This document shows, one piece after another, positions 20,217-29,838 of a stretch of 64,000 bases of DNA (within the stretch, counting starts at the first letter, position 1; each line of letters begins with the position of its first letter). The stretch is from Christensenellaceae bacterium (GTDB taxonomy: Bacteria > Bacillota > Clostridia > Christensenellales > CAG-138): NCBI GenBank assembly GCA_031261085.1, contig JAISKB010000005.1:66604-130603 (forward strand), given 5' to 3'. Both the position numbers and the translations under genes were made by a program. The notes under the pieces were generated by a model. That model was given only the letters and a program-made list of their open reading frames with translations. It had not been told where the DNA came from and did no database searches.

Positions 20217-21311
20217 ATGAAAAAAACTTTGGTACTACTGCTTACATTCGCACTATGCTTAACCCTGCTGGCGGGTTGCGACGCCGCTCCCGATGCCGCG
20301 GCGCCCGCAACCGACCCCTCTGTCCCCACTGAAATCGTTACGCCCGAAACGGCGACGATACTCGAAACCGTAAAGCTCGATAAGCTAAGCGTGGCCTTTG
20401 TGCCCTCCCGCGAGCCGGAGGAAATCGTAACCATTACCGAGCCCCTCAAAGAGCTGCTCAAGGCCGAAATGGCCACCCTCGGCTATGATATCGGCGAGGT
20501 GGACATCACCGTGGGCACCACCTACGAAGCCGTCGGAGAGGCGCTTTCCGCCGGCACGGTGGATGTAGGCCTCATCCCCGGCGGCACCTATGTGCTTTAC
20601 GACGATGGCGCCGATGTGATTTTGACCGCCACGCGCAGCGGCCTGAGCATCGATTCCGACGCCGCCAAGGCTTGGAACGACGCCAAGCCCACCGAAGCTA
20701 CCGATAATCAGGTAACCTATTACCGCGCGTTGATCCTCGCCGGCCCCTCCGAAAAAGGCGCCGCTCTAAGCGCAAAGGTCAATGCCGGCGAAACGCTGAG
20801 CTGGGAAGACCTCGATGGCCTCAACTGGAGCGTTATGTCCTCTTCCTCCCCCGCCGGTTATATCTATCCCGCCATTTGGATGCAGGATAATTATGGCAAG
20901 AGCATCACGGACCTGACCCACGCCGTCACCTCCGATTCCTACGGCAGCGCTTTTGCGCGCCTTGCCGCGGGGCAGGTAGATGTGCTGGTCACCTATGCGG
21001 ATGCCCGCCGCGACTATGCAGAAAAATGGACCGCCGAATATGGCCGCACCGCTTCCATTTGGGAGGAGACCAACGTGCTGGGCGTTACCCCCGGCATCTA
21101 CAACGATACCATCTGCGTGAGCAAGACCGCCCCCAACATGGATGATGCGCTGCGCGCCGCGTTGCAGATCGCCTTCATCAACATCGGCAACACCGATGCG
21201 GGCAAGGAGGTTATCGCTATCTACAGCCATCAGGGCTATCAGCCTGCGCTCTCCTCCGATTATGACAACGAGCGCAAGGCGCAGGATCTCATTCGCCAAC
21301 TCAACGGGTAA
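20217..21311 (+). CDS. phnD: Phosphonate/phosphite/phosphate-type ABC transporter substrate-binding lipoprotein
   Basis: It has the lipobox LTLLAGC and PhnD-like content. It lies directly upstream of phnC and two phnE-like genes. Confidence 0.75.
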   Translation: MKKTLVLLLTFALCLTLLAGCDAAPDAAAPATDPSVPTEIVTPETATILETVKLDKLSVAFVPSREPEEIVTITEPLKELLKAEMATLGYDIGEVDITVGTTYEAVGEALSAGTVDVGLIPGGTYVLYDDGADVILTATRSGLSIDSDAAKAWNDAKPTEATDNQVTYYRALILAGPSEKGAALSAKVNAGETLSWEDLDGLNWSVMSSSSPAGYIYPAIWMQDNYGKSITDLTHAVTSDSYGSAFARLAAGQVDVLVTYADARRDYAEKWTAEYGRTASIWEETNVLGVTPGIYNDTICVSKTAPNMDDALRAALQIAFINIGNTDAGKEVIAIYSHQGYQPALSSDYDNERKAQDLIRQLNG

Positions 21312-21379
21312 TTGACCCTCGCGGAAGGGATGGCGACAGCTATCCCTTCCCTATTTTTATGGGAAGGAACAAGCGATGT

Positions 21380-22144
21380 ATGATTGACTTCCATGGTGTA
21401 TCCAAAGTATACGGGAACGGTGTGAAAGGGCTGGATGATGTGAGCCTCACCATAGAACAGGGTGAGTTTGTAGCGATTATAGGCCTTTCCGGCGCGGGTA
21501 AATCCACGCTTTTACGCTCCATCAACCGTATGCACAGCATTACCGCGGGCAGGCTTACCGTAAACGGCCTGGATGTGAGCGGGCTGAAAGGCAAGGCCCT
21601 GCGCAAATTCCGCCGCGGCATAGGCATGATATTCCAATCGTTCAACCTCGTAAGCCGCACCACGGTCATCAAAAACGTGCTGTCGGCCAAGGTGCCGGAT
21701 ATGCCGTTTTTGCGCGTGCTGTTCGGTATCTACAACAAAAAAGAAAAGATTGCCGCCCTCGAGGCACTCGACAAGGTGGGCATTTTAGATAAAGCCTACA
21801 TCCGGGCGGATCAGCTTTCGGGCGGCCAGCAGCAGCGGGTGGCGCTCGCCCGCACCCTGGCGCAGGAACCGCAGATTATACTGGCGGATGAACCCGTGGC
21901 CGCGCTGGATCCGGTCACCGCCAAGCAGGTGATGGATGACTTCCGCCGCATCAATCGGGATATGCGCATATCGGTGCTCATCAACATACACCATGTGGAG
22001 CTGGCGCTCGAATATGCGGACCGCATCATCGGCATACGCGCGGGTAAAATCGTATACGACGGCCCCGTGCAGGCTGTGGATGAAGCGATGCTCGATACCA
22101 TCTACGAGGGCAAGCTGCCCAGGGAGGTGGAAAAGCCCGCATGA
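21380..22144 (+). CDS. phnC: Phosphonate-type ABC transporter ATP-binding protein
   Basis: It has GLSGAGKSTLLR, LSGGQQQRVALAR and ILADEP. The block INIHHVELA is typical of PhnC. Confidence 0.9.
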   Translation: MIDFHGVSKVYGNGVKGLDDVSLTIEQGEFVAIIGLSGAGKSTLLRSINRMHSITAGRLTVNGLDVSGLKGKALRKFRRGIGMIFQSFNLVSRTTVIKNVLSAKVPDMPFLRVLFGIYNKKEKIAALEALDKVGILDKAYIRADQLSGGQQQRVALARTLAQEPQIILADEPVAALDPVTAKQVMDDFRRINRDMRISVLINIHHVELALEYADRIIGIRAGKIVYDGPVQAVDEAMLDTIYEGKLPREVEKPA

Positions 22145-22962
22145 GCGCATATGATAAGGTTTTTAAGCCCAGGCGCATCACGCTGCCCAGCGGCAAAAGC
22201 ATATTGGAAAAGCGCTCCCGCATGCCGCTTATTTTGCTGGGCGTGCTCGCCCTCACCGCGCTCTCCGTGCGCATCACCGGCTTTAGCTTTGGGCCGCTCC
22301 TATCCCGCGGGAACCAGTTTTTTGTGATTTTGCGCCAAATGTACCCGCCCAATATGAAGTACCTTTCCAGCATTTGGGTGCCGTTGTTCGATACCATAAA
22401 GATGTCGCTATTGGGCTCCGCCGTGGGTTCGCTGCTGGCCGTCCCCTTTGCGGTAATCGCCGCCAGCAACATGATAAAAAGCCGGCTCGTGCTCACCCTA
22501 ACCCGCCTTTTTTTGAGCGTTGTGCGCACGCTGCCCACGCTGGTCACCGCGCTCATCGCCACCTATATATTCGGCTTGGGCACGCTGGCCGGCACGCTAT
22601 CCATCGCCATATTCACCTTCGCCTATATCGGCAAGCAGCTATATGAGCAAATCGAAACCGTGGATATGGGCGCGTTTGAGGCTATGGAAGCCATGGGCGG
22701 CACGCGGTTCTCATCCTTTTGGGTGGCCGTTGCGCCGCAGGTGCTGCCCGCCTATCTTTCTACCTGCCTGTTTTGCCTGGAAGGCAACGTGCGCTACGCC
22801 GCCATATTGGGTTATGTGGGCGCGGGCGGCCTGGGCATGATCTTAAACGAAAAAATAGGCTGGCGCGACTACCCGAGCGTGGGCATGATATTAATCGTGT
22901 TGTTCGCCACGGTGGTGGTCATCGAGGCGCTGAGCCACTATATACGCAGCAAGCTCACATAA
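22141..22962 (+). CDS. phnE: Phosphonate-type ABC transporter permease
   Basis: It is a polytopic membrane protein with the PhnE-like motif EAMEAMGGTR. It forms an ATGA overlap with phnC. Confidence 0.85.
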   Translation: MSAYDKVFKPRRITLPSGKSILEKRSRMPLILLGVLALTALSVRITGFSFGPLLSRGNQFFVILRQMYPPNMKYLSSIWVPLFDTIKMSLLGSAVGSLLAVPFAVIAASNMIKSRLVLTLTRLFLSVVRTLPTLVTALIATYIFGLGTLAGTLSIAIFTFAYIGKQLYEQIETVDMGAFEAMEAMGGTRFSSFWVAVAPQVLPAYLSTCLFCLEGNVRYAAILGYVGAGGLGMILNEKIGWRDYPSVGMILIVLFATVVVIEALSHYIRSKLT

Positions 22963-22980
22963 ACCGTGAGGAGGTATACC

Positions 22981-23790
22981 ATGAACCCCATCATAAAAAA
23001 ACAACTCGACGCACAGCCCAAGCGCTGGTTTTACCAGCTGGGCATCGCCCTTATATTCGTTTGCCTCATGGCCTGGTCCTCCTCCACGGTGCAGCTCGAT
23101 GCCCGGGCGGGCAGCGGCCTTTCCATAGCGGGCAATATCATACGCGGCATATTTCACCCGGATGCGGAGCTGCTCTTCAACTTCACCCGTTCGGGCGTGG
23201 CCTACCTGCTGCTGGAAACCGTGTGCATCGCCTATTTGGGCACCATCGTGGGCGCCGTGCTGGCCATCCCGCTCTCGTTCATCTCGGCTTCCAACATCGT
23301 GCCCAGGCCCGTCGCGCTGATTGGCAGGACGCTCATCATGGCCATACGCACCATCCCGCCCTTTGTATATGGCTTGATGTTCATACGCGTAACGGGGCCG
23401 GGGCCTTTTGCCGGGCTCCTCACCATGTCCATGTCCTCCATCGGCATGGTGAGCAAGATGTATATCGAATATATTGAGGATTTGGACATCCGCATACTCG
23501 AATCATTGGATGCCTGCGGCTGCAGCACCTTCGAGAAGATTCGCTGCGGCATCATCCCGCAGCTGATACCCGATTTTATTTCCACCATCATCTACCGCTT
23601 CGACATGAACCTGCGCGACGCCACGGTGCTGGGCCTGGTGGGCGCGGGCGGCATTGGCGCGCCGCTCATATTCGCCATGAGCTCCTACCGCTGGAGCGAG
23701 GTGGGCGCCATCTTGACGGGCCTAATCGTGCTCATATTGGTCATAGAATTTTTCTCCACCAAGGTGCGCGTGAAGCTGGCCAGGGGGTAA
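22981..23790 (+). CDS. phnE: Phosphonate-type ABC transporter permease (second copy)
   Basis: It is a paralogue of the preceding permease (ESLDACGCS, VLGLVGAGGIG). The ATG at 22981 lies 7 nt after GAGGAGG. Confidence 0.85.
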   Translation: MNPIIKKQLDAQPKRWFYQLGIALIFVCLMAWSSSTVQLDARAGSGLSIAGNIIRGIFHPDAELLFNFTRSGVAYLLLETVCIAYLGTIVGAVLAIPLSFISASNIVPRPVALIGRTLIMAIRTIPPFVYGLMFIRVTGPGPFAGLLTMSMSSIGMVSKMYIEYIEDLDIRILESLDACGCSTFEKIRCGIIPQLIPDFISTIIYRFDMNLRDATVLGLVGAGGIGAPLIFAMSSYRWSEVGAILTGLIVLILVIEFFSTKVRVKLARG

Positions 23791-23794
23791 TGGT

Positions 23795-25324
23795 ATGCGA
23801 CCGGCAAACGATGCTCCGATATTGAAGCTATACTATACCTCGGATGTGCACGGGCACTTCTTCCCCACCTCCTATGGCGACCGCGAGGAGAAGGACATGG
23901 GGCTGTTTCAGTGTGCCGGGCAATTCGAAAAGGATGATATCACGCTGGTGCTGGACGGCGGCGATATTTTGCAGGGCTCCGCCTTCACCTATTACTGCCA
24001 GAATGTGGCGCGCAGCCCCGGTGCGATAGCCGACATCATGAACCGCTGCGGTTATGACTTCGTTACGGTGGGCAACCACGATTTCAACTATGGCGCGGGC
24101 TATTTGCGGCAATACTTGGCCGCCTTAAACGGGGCCTGCGTATGCCAAAATATATGTGACGCCGCGGGCACACCGCTGTTTCCCCCCGTCATCCGCACGC
24201 TAAAGAGCGGCCTTCGCGTGGGGCTTGTCGGTATCGTGACCGACTATGTAAACCTTTGGGAAGCGCCTGAAAACCTTGCGGGGCTTTGCGTTACCGACCC
24301 ATTTGCCGCCGCCAAGGAGGCGCTCGAGGGCATCCAGGCGCAGTGCGACATCACGGTGTGCATCTATCACGGCGGCTACGAGCGGGAACCCCTCACCGGG
24401 GAAGCGCCCGCCGCCGCCACCACCGAAAATATCGCCTGCCGCATTTGCGAGGAGCTGCGCTTCGACATACTGCTGACCGCGCACCAGCACCGCTCCCTGC
24501 CCGGACAATATTTGCAGGGCACCTACACGCTGCAGTTGGCCGAAAACGCCAAGGAATATGCGGCGCTCACCGTGCACAAAAGCGGCGCCGGGTACCGCAT
24601 ACAGGCACAAACCCGCAAGGCCGCAGGCCCCTGCCCCCTTGCCTTACAAGAAGCCTTCGCCCCGGTAGAGGCCAGAGTACAGGCTTGGCTCGACGCGCCG
24701 GTGGGCAGCCTGCCCCTTGCGCTGCTGCCCGAAAGCAGGCTGCGCATGGCGGCCTATGGCTCCCCCATCGCCGACTTTTTCAACCAGGTACAGCTGCACT
24801 ATTCCGGGGCGCAGCTCTCGGCCGTGAGCCTCGCCAATGAGGTGAACGGCTTTGCACAGCGTGTGACCCGACGGGATGTGATAGCCAGCTACCCCTATGC
24901 CAACACGCTGGTCGTGCTGCGGGTAAGCGGCGCCGTACTGCGCGCGGCGTTGGAGCGCAGCGCGGAATACTTCACGCTGGACGCAAGCGGACAGGCCGCC
25001 ATTTCCCCCGCGTTTTTGCACCCCAAGCTGGAGCACTACAACTACGATTTTTTTGTCGGCGCAGCATATAAGTTCGATATCCAAAAACCCTTGGGGCAGC
25101 GCGTGACCGGCCTATGCGTGGGCGGCCGCCCCGTGCAGGCCAGCGACAGCTTTACCCTGTGCCTAAACAGCTACCGCGCCTGCGGCTCCGGCGGCTACCC
25201 CATGTATGAAGGCTGCCCCCGCTTGCGGGAAATCAATATAGAGATGTCCGAATTGATTTTGCGGTACTTTGAAGAACACCCTGCGGTCGAGCTGATGCCG
25301 ATGCAAAAGGGCTGCCTCCTGTGA
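23795..25324 (+). CDS. Bifunctional metallophosphatase / 5'-nucleotidase family protein (no signal peptide seen)
   Basis: The calcineurin-like motifs YTSDVHGHF, GGDILQG and GNHDFNYG are present. A C-terminal 5'-nucleotidase substrate-binding domain follows. Confidence 0.85.
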   Translation: MRPANDAPILKLYYTSDVHGHFFPTSYGDREEKDMGLFQCAGQFEKDDITLVLDGGDILQGSAFTYYCQNVARSPGAIADIMNRCGYDFVTVGNHDFNYGAGYLRQYLAALNGACVCQNICDAAGTPLFPPVIRTLKSGLRVGLVGIVTDYVNLWEAPENLAGLCVTDPFAAAKEALEGIQAQCDITVCIYHGGYEREPLTGEAPAAATTENIACRICEELRFDILLTAHQHRSLPGQYLQGTYTLQLAENAKEYAALTVHKSGAGYRIQAQTRKAAGPCPLALQEAFAPVEARVQAWLDAPVGSLPLALLPESRLRMAAYGSPIADFFNQVQLHYSGAQLSAVSLANEVNGFAQRVTRRDVIASYPYANTLVVLRVSGAVLRAALERSAEYFTLDASGQAAISPAFLHPKLEHYNYDFFVGAAYKFDIQKPLGQRVTGLCVGGRPVQASDSFTLCLNSYRACGSGGYPMYEGCPRLREINIEMSELILRYFEEHPAVELMPMQKGCLL

Positions 25325-25377
25325 GGCGGCCCGATTTTTACTATGGCTTCAGCGAGTTGCGCGCGGAACGCACCCCC

Positions 25378-25409
25378 GATAAAAGGCGCCCGCGTGGGCG
25401 CCCTTTATC
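25378..25409. terminator. Bidirectional terminator between convergent genes
   Basis: GATAAAAGGCGCCC-GCGT-GGGCGCCCTTTATC forms a 14-bp stem with one mismatch. Confidence 0.6.
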
Positions 25410-25430
25410 GCTTCCATTGACCGCCTTCGC

Positions 25431-25643
25431 TTAATGGTGTTCGCCTTCATGCTTCACGCCGTCCCTGCGGAACAGCAGCGAAATGCCCCAAATACCTGCA
25501 AGGCCTACCAAAGTGTAGATCACGCGGGAGATAGTCGCACCCATGCCGCCAAATATCGTGGCGATAAAGTCGAATTGGAACAAGCCGACCATACCCCAAT
25601 TTAAAGCGCCAATGATTACGAATATCAGTGCAAGTGTATCCAT
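25431..25643 (-). CDS. DUF378 small membrane protein
   Basis: LIFVIIGALNWGMVGLFQFDFIATIFGG is the DUF378 signature. Size is 70 aa. Confidence 0.8.
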   Translation of the reverse strand: MDTLALIFVIIGALNWGMVGLFQFDFIATIFGGMGATISRVIYTLVGLAGIWGISLLFRRDGVKHEGEHH

Positions 25644-25771
25644 GCTGTGTGCTCCTTTGCTATGATGCGATTAGCATGTGCAAAGCGGCGGCAGGAATAC
25701 CATGTAAAAAATGGATTGGCATGAAATGTTATTTTTATTTTAAAACAGTTGAGTAAATGGCAAACGCTATA

Positions 25772-26080
25772 TTATTTGTTTTTCGCGTCTGCCTTTTTAT
25801 CGAATAGAATTTCGATTTCGAAGCGGTCGAAAACGACCTGCTCCATAAAATCATCCGGCTTGAATACAACGCGGGAAAATGCTGAAATGTCGTGCAGGTG
25901 CTTGCGCAAAATGACCGGCCGGGCCAAATCCAGCGCATGGCAGGCCTCGCCCACCAAAGCGGGCCAATCCTGCACATCGCCGCGCTTGGCATAGCCCACA
26001 TCAAACAGCGTATCCCGCACAATATGGTCATCGGTTTTGATCATCGCCCATACCTTCATGTTTGCGCCTTGCTCCTTCAT
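25772..26080 (-). CDS. Hypothetical protein
   Basis: The coding frame shows host-like codon bias. I chose the start at 26080 because it forms an ATGA overlap with the upstream stop. I recognised no family. Confidence 0.5.
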   Translation of the reverse strand: MKEQGANMKVWAMIKTDDHIVRDTLFDVGYAKRGDVQDWPALVGEACHALDLARPVILRKHLHDISAFSRVVFKPDDFMEQVVFDRFEIEILFDKKADAKNK

Positions 26081-26325
26081 AGCAGCTTTCGCCATTCGGC
26101 GGGCTGCTCCGCCTGCTCCCGCAGCGTCTCTTCACTTTGCGCCACAAAGGATTCTTGCGCGCCGCCTGCAAACCGCGCCCTAAGCTGCCCCGGCGTGAGC
26201 GGCGCTTCTACACTGCCCATGCAATCGCGGCAGGCATTGCCGCAAGCCGGGCACACGCAGCCGCTTTGCAAGCCGCGCTCGCTCTGCACCATATATACCC
26301 CGCAGGCCTTACAGCTGCACCTCAT
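26077..26325 (-). CDS. Hypothetical Cys-rich (zinc-ribbon-like) protein
   Basis: The N-terminus has CSCKAC ..(N).. CVCPACGNACRDC. It forms ATGA overlaps with both neighbouring genes. Confidence 0.5.
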   Translation of the reverse strand: MRCSCKACGVYMVQSERGLQSGCVCPACGNACRDCMGSVEAPLTPGQLRARFAGGAQESFVAQSEETLREQAEQPAEWRKLL

Positions 26326-27143
26326 TGCATGCTCTCTTGCGCGGCGGCATCGGCAGGCTGCGCAAGCACATCCGTAACCTGTATCATTTTTTGAAGTGAG
26401 CTATCCTCGGGTATGAACGCGCTCAGCTGCGCAAGTGGTATTTTAAATTCGGGCCGCCCGGCCAAATAGGTGGTTATTTCGTATTGTTCGTATACCAGCA
26501 CCATGCAGCCATCGGCTATGTAAAACTGCTGGTCATCCGCAATGGGCAGCACGTCGCAAAGCAGCGTAATATCCCGGTTTTCGGCTTGCTCGGTCACGAT
26601 GTCGGGCAAAACGCCCCGCCAGCGCGCATCCTGGGCATCCAGCAGGTCGGGCAGCTTGCAAAGCGCGCCGCTGTGCGCGTCAAACGTTAAATAAATGCTG
26701 TCGAGCGGGGCGCTGTTATCCCCATAAAGGTCGAGTATATCCATGCGTATGGAAAGCAGGCAGTTGTGATTATATTCTACGCGATATTCTGTAAAAATCG
26801 GCACCTGCACGCTTTCGGCATATTGCGCCACGGCGTTGTAGATGGAATCGTTGATGGCCTGCGCCGTTTTGCCCGATGTCACCCGCGGGTAAACCACATA
26901 ACCCTCGCCGCAGTTCTCTACGCCGCGCACGATGTTGAGCGCGGAAGTATCCTCGGCCTGCGATGCCGCCTGCAGCTCCGCCTGGCCAGAGGCCGGCACT
27001 ATATCCCTTGCGTAAGAATAGACTATCCCTTCATCCTTGGCCGGGGGCGGCGTAGCCAGCGCAATGCCCTGCGCCGGTAAAGCGCAGGCGCAGGCAAGCA
27101 TGGCCAATAGTATAAGCATCAGGGGCAAGAGCGTTCGTTGCAT
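26322..27143 (-). CDS. DUF3298/DUF4163-like lipoprotein
   Basis: It has a signal peptide with lipobox-like LAMLACACA. The C-terminal block FYIADGCMVLVYEQYEITTYLAGRPEFKIP resembles DUF3298 (RsiV/PdaC-type). Confidence 0.6.
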   Translation of the reverse strand: MQRTLLPLMLILLAMLACACALPAQGIALATPPPAKDEGIVYSYARDIVPASGQAELQAASQAEDTSALNIVRGVENCGEGYVVYPRVTSGKTAQAINDSIYNAVAQYAESVQVPIFTEYRVEYNHNCLLSIRMDILDLYGDNSAPLDSIYLTFDAHSGALCKLPDLLDAQDARWRGVLPDIVTEQAENRDITLLCDVLPIADDQQFYIADGCMVLVYEQYEITTYLAGRPEFKIPLAQLSAFIPEDSSLQKMIQVTDVLAQPADAAAQESMQ

Positions 27144-27238
27144 GTATAGTCCTCAAATGATTTTTGCGGGCAGCCGCACCGCCGCGTTCGTACCCGCTAT
27201 GATTTATTATACCACCACGCGCGGCGCCATGTATGAAT

Positions 27239-28414
27239 TTAACGTGAATTGATCTGCATCGTTTCGGTATTATCCAGTGCCTTTTGCACCATATCGCTCC
27301 AATCCGCCATCGCCTCGCTCTTGCGCAGGCGGGCGACATCCGGCTTGGTGACGGGGTGCTGCGGCACAAACACGGTACAGCAATCCTCAAAGGGCAAAAT
27401 CGAGGTTTCAAACGTGCCTATCTTTTTTGCCACCGTTATAATCTCCTCTTTATCAAAGCCGATGAGCGGGCGGAACACCGGCATGCTCACCGCGTCATCC
27501 GTCACGCACAGGCTTTCGATGGTTTGGCTGGCCACCTGCCCCAGCGCCTCGCCGGTTATAAGCGCCAGCGCGCCATCCAGCTTGGCCCATTGCTCGGCAA
27601 TGCGCATCATAAGCCGCCGCATCAGCACGGTGGTTTCTTTGGGCGGGCAGGTTTCGTAAATCGTGAGCTGAATCTCGGTAAACGGCACAAGGTGCAGGGT
27701 GATTTTCCCCGCGTAGCGGGAGATGAGCTTGGTAAGCTCCACGACCTTATCCCGCGCGCGCTCGCTGGTATAGGGGTAGCTGTAAAAATGCACCGCGCTC
27801 AGCTGCAGCCCGCGCTTCGCCATCATATACCCCGCCACCGGGCTGTCGATACCCCCCGAAATCAGCAGCGCCGCACGCCCCGCCGTGCCGGTGGGCATAC
27901 CATCCGCGCCCATGATTTCATCGGTATAGATAAACGCCTGCTCGCGTATCTCCACGCACACCTTGATTTCGGGGTTGTGCACATCCACCTGCAGCTGCGG
28001 GAATGCTTCGAGCAGGTCATGGCCCAGCTCGCGGTTAAGGTCCTCGCTGCGCAGGGGGAAGCGCTTGTCCGACCGGCGGCAAAAGCACTTGAACGTGGCG
28101 GAGGCCTTACCCTCCAATTGATGCGCTACCAGCTCCCGCACCGCGCTCCATATGGCGCTATACTCCTTTTCCACCGCGACCGCCGGGCTGAGCGAGTGGA
28201 TGCCAAACACGCGGGTAAGCCTGGCTATCGCTTCACCCTGCCGGTCTTTTGGCACGCCGAAGATGTAAAACCGGCCCTGCTCCTGCCGCACCTTCACCTC
28301 GCGCCCCATATCCTTAAGCGCGCTCTTTATACCCTCTATCAGCTTGTGCTCGAAGAAGGGGCGGTTAAGCCCCTTTAAGTGAATCTCTCCATAGCGCACC
28401 AGTATTACCTGCAT
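27239..28414 (-). CDS. thiI: tRNA 4-thiouridine(8) synthase ThiI
   Basis: It has an N-terminal ferredoxin-like/THUMP region and the PP-loop SGGIDSPVA. Size is 391 aa. It is paired with a cysteine desulfurase. Confidence 0.92.
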   Translation of the reverse strand: MQVILVRYGEIHLKGLNRPFFEHKLIEGIKSALKDMGREVKVRQEQGRFYIFGVPKDRQGEAIARLTRVFGIHSLSPAVAVEKEYSAIWSAVRELVAHQLEGKASATFKCFCRRSDKRFPLRSEDLNRELGHDLLEAFPQLQVDVHNPEIKVCVEIREQAFIYTDEIMGADGMPTGTAGRAALLISGGIDSPVAGYMMAKRGLQLSAVHFYSYPYTSERARDKVVELTKLISRYAGKITLHLVPFTEIQLTIYETCPPKETTVLMRRLMMRIAEQWAKLDGALALITGEALGQVASQTIESLCVTDDAVSMPVFRPLIGFDKEEIITVAKKIGTFETSILPFEDCCTVFVPQHPVTKPDVARLRKSEAMADWSDMVQKALDNTETMQINSR

Positions 28415-28418
28415 ATCC

Positions 28419-29558
28419 TTATCTCCTTTTGTACCTGCGCAGCAGTTTTATCAGCTCTTCAACGGCCTGTGCGGTCGCGTCCATCTCCTCAAGTGTGTTT
28501 TCGGGGCACAGGCTGAAGCGTATGGCGCCCTCCTGCCGCTCCCCCGCCACCTGCATGGCGTTGAGTATGCGATTTTTACCCTTTTTGTGCGCCGAGCAGG
28601 CCGAGCCTGTGGAAACATAGATGCCCTTCTCCTCCAGCGCGTGCAGCAGCACTTCCCCGCCCACGCCCAAAAAGGACATGTTCAAAATGTGCGGCGTGCC
28701 CAGCTCCGGCGCGGGGCCGTTTAACACCACATCGGGCAGCCGCAGCAGGTTTTGATACAGCCGCCGCTTGCAATCCATCATGCCCTTGCGGTATGCATCG
28801 GCGTTTTGCACATAATCCTGCACCGCCGTCTCCATGCCCACAATGCCCGGCGTGTTGGTGGTGCCGCTCCTAAGGCCGCCTTCCTGCCCGCCGCCTATCT
28901 GGCCGCCGGCAAAGCGCTGGCCCTTTTTGATATACAGCGCGCCGATGCCCTTGGGCGCGTGGAACTTGTGCCCGCTGATGGAGTAAAGGTCGCAATCCCG
29001 CGCAAAGAACGGCAGCTTTAAGTAGCCTTGTACGCCATCCACATGCAGGCGCGCCTCGGGCGCTTTGCGCTTGAGCAGACGGTATATGGCCGGTATGTCG
29101 TTGATGGCCCCCACCTCGTTGTTGACCTGCATGATGGAAACCAGCATGGTGTGCGGCGTAATAAGCTGCTCCAACCGCGCCATATCCACATTGCCCTGCG
29201 GCGTGACGGGCGCATCCTGCACATCGAACGTGCGGTAAAAGCTGCGGTATACCTCATAAACCGAAGGATGCTCCACCGCGCTGGCAATGATGCGGCCCGT
29301 GCCCCGCATGGCGTTCAGACTGCCATAGATGGCCATATTGTTGCTTTCGGTGCCGCCGCTGGTAAACACCAGCTCCTCGGGCAGCGCGCCCATCGCGCCC
29401 GCTATGGTGGCCCGCGCGGCGTTCACCTCGCGCTCCGCCGCCGCCGCCGGGGAATATGCCGCCGCAGGGTTGAAGAAAGTTTGTGTCATATAGTCTAAGG
29501 CCCGGCCCGCCGCCGCAGGCGAGGTGCGGGTGGTGGCGCTATTATCTAAATATATCAT
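28419..29558 (-). CDS. nifS: Cysteine desulfurase (NifS/IscS family)
   Basis: Motifs MIYLDNSATT, the PLP lysine in SISGHKFHAPKG, and the catalytic SSGSAC-type loop (STGSACS) are present. Confidence 0.9.
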   Translation of the reverse strand: MIYLDNSATTRTSPAAAGRALDYMTQTFFNPAAAYSPAAAAEREVNAARATIAGAMGALPEELVFTSGGTESNNMAIYGSLNAMRGTGRIIASAVEHPSVYEVYRSFYRTFDVQDAPVTPQGNVDMARLEQLITPHTMLVSIMQVNNEVGAINDIPAIYRLLKRKAPEARLHVDGVQGYLKLPFFARDCDLYSISGHKFHAPKGIGALYIKKGQRFAGGQIGGGQEGGLRSGTTNTPGIVGMETAVQDYVQNADAYRKGMMDCKRRLYQNLLRLPDVVLNGPAPELGTPHILNMSFLGVGGEVLLHALEEKGIYVSTGSACSAHKKGKNRILNAMQVAGERQEGAIRFSLCPENTLEEMDATAQAVEELIKLLRRYKRR

Positions 29559-29838
29559 AGTTGCTCTCCATTGGTTTAACAAATATTTGAGGCAATCGTT
29601 TACCTCATATACTTACTATATGTGCTTTACGGCGCGGTGGGTACGGCAAAAACGCGCCATCTTTTGCCTTCGTTCCGCATCATCAGACAGTATACCACGC
29701 CCGGCTTTGCCGCACAAGGCGAGCGAACCTGTGTTTTTGCCGCAATGCCGCCCGCATTTTTTCACCGAATTTTCAAAACCACCCGCGGTAAAATATGATA
29801 CAATCATATTGGATAGTATAGGGCAAGGAGGCTTTGCC

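Noticed and set aside
27284-28378. A 364-aa ORF on the + strand, opposite thiI. Similar long antisense ORFs occur at 6597..7562, 9495..10466, 32569..33483, 60434..61435, 38790..39458, 40052..40606, 19227..20066 and 50512..51144.
   Set aside because: Each lies entirely antisense to a gene with clear conserved motifs. Their products are Arg/Ala/Gly/His-rich low-complexity strings with no SD. Stop-free antisense frames are expected in GC-rich DNA with strong GC3 bias.
29583-29838. Small hairpins (GGCAAAA..TTTTGCC; ATGC..GCAT followed by TTTTTT) upstream of mcsA, considered as a riboswitch or attenuator.
   Set aside because: The stems are short (4-7 bp), lie upstream of the only promoter-like element, and match no riboswitch consensus I know. 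They are probably incidental or related to the divergent nifS leader.
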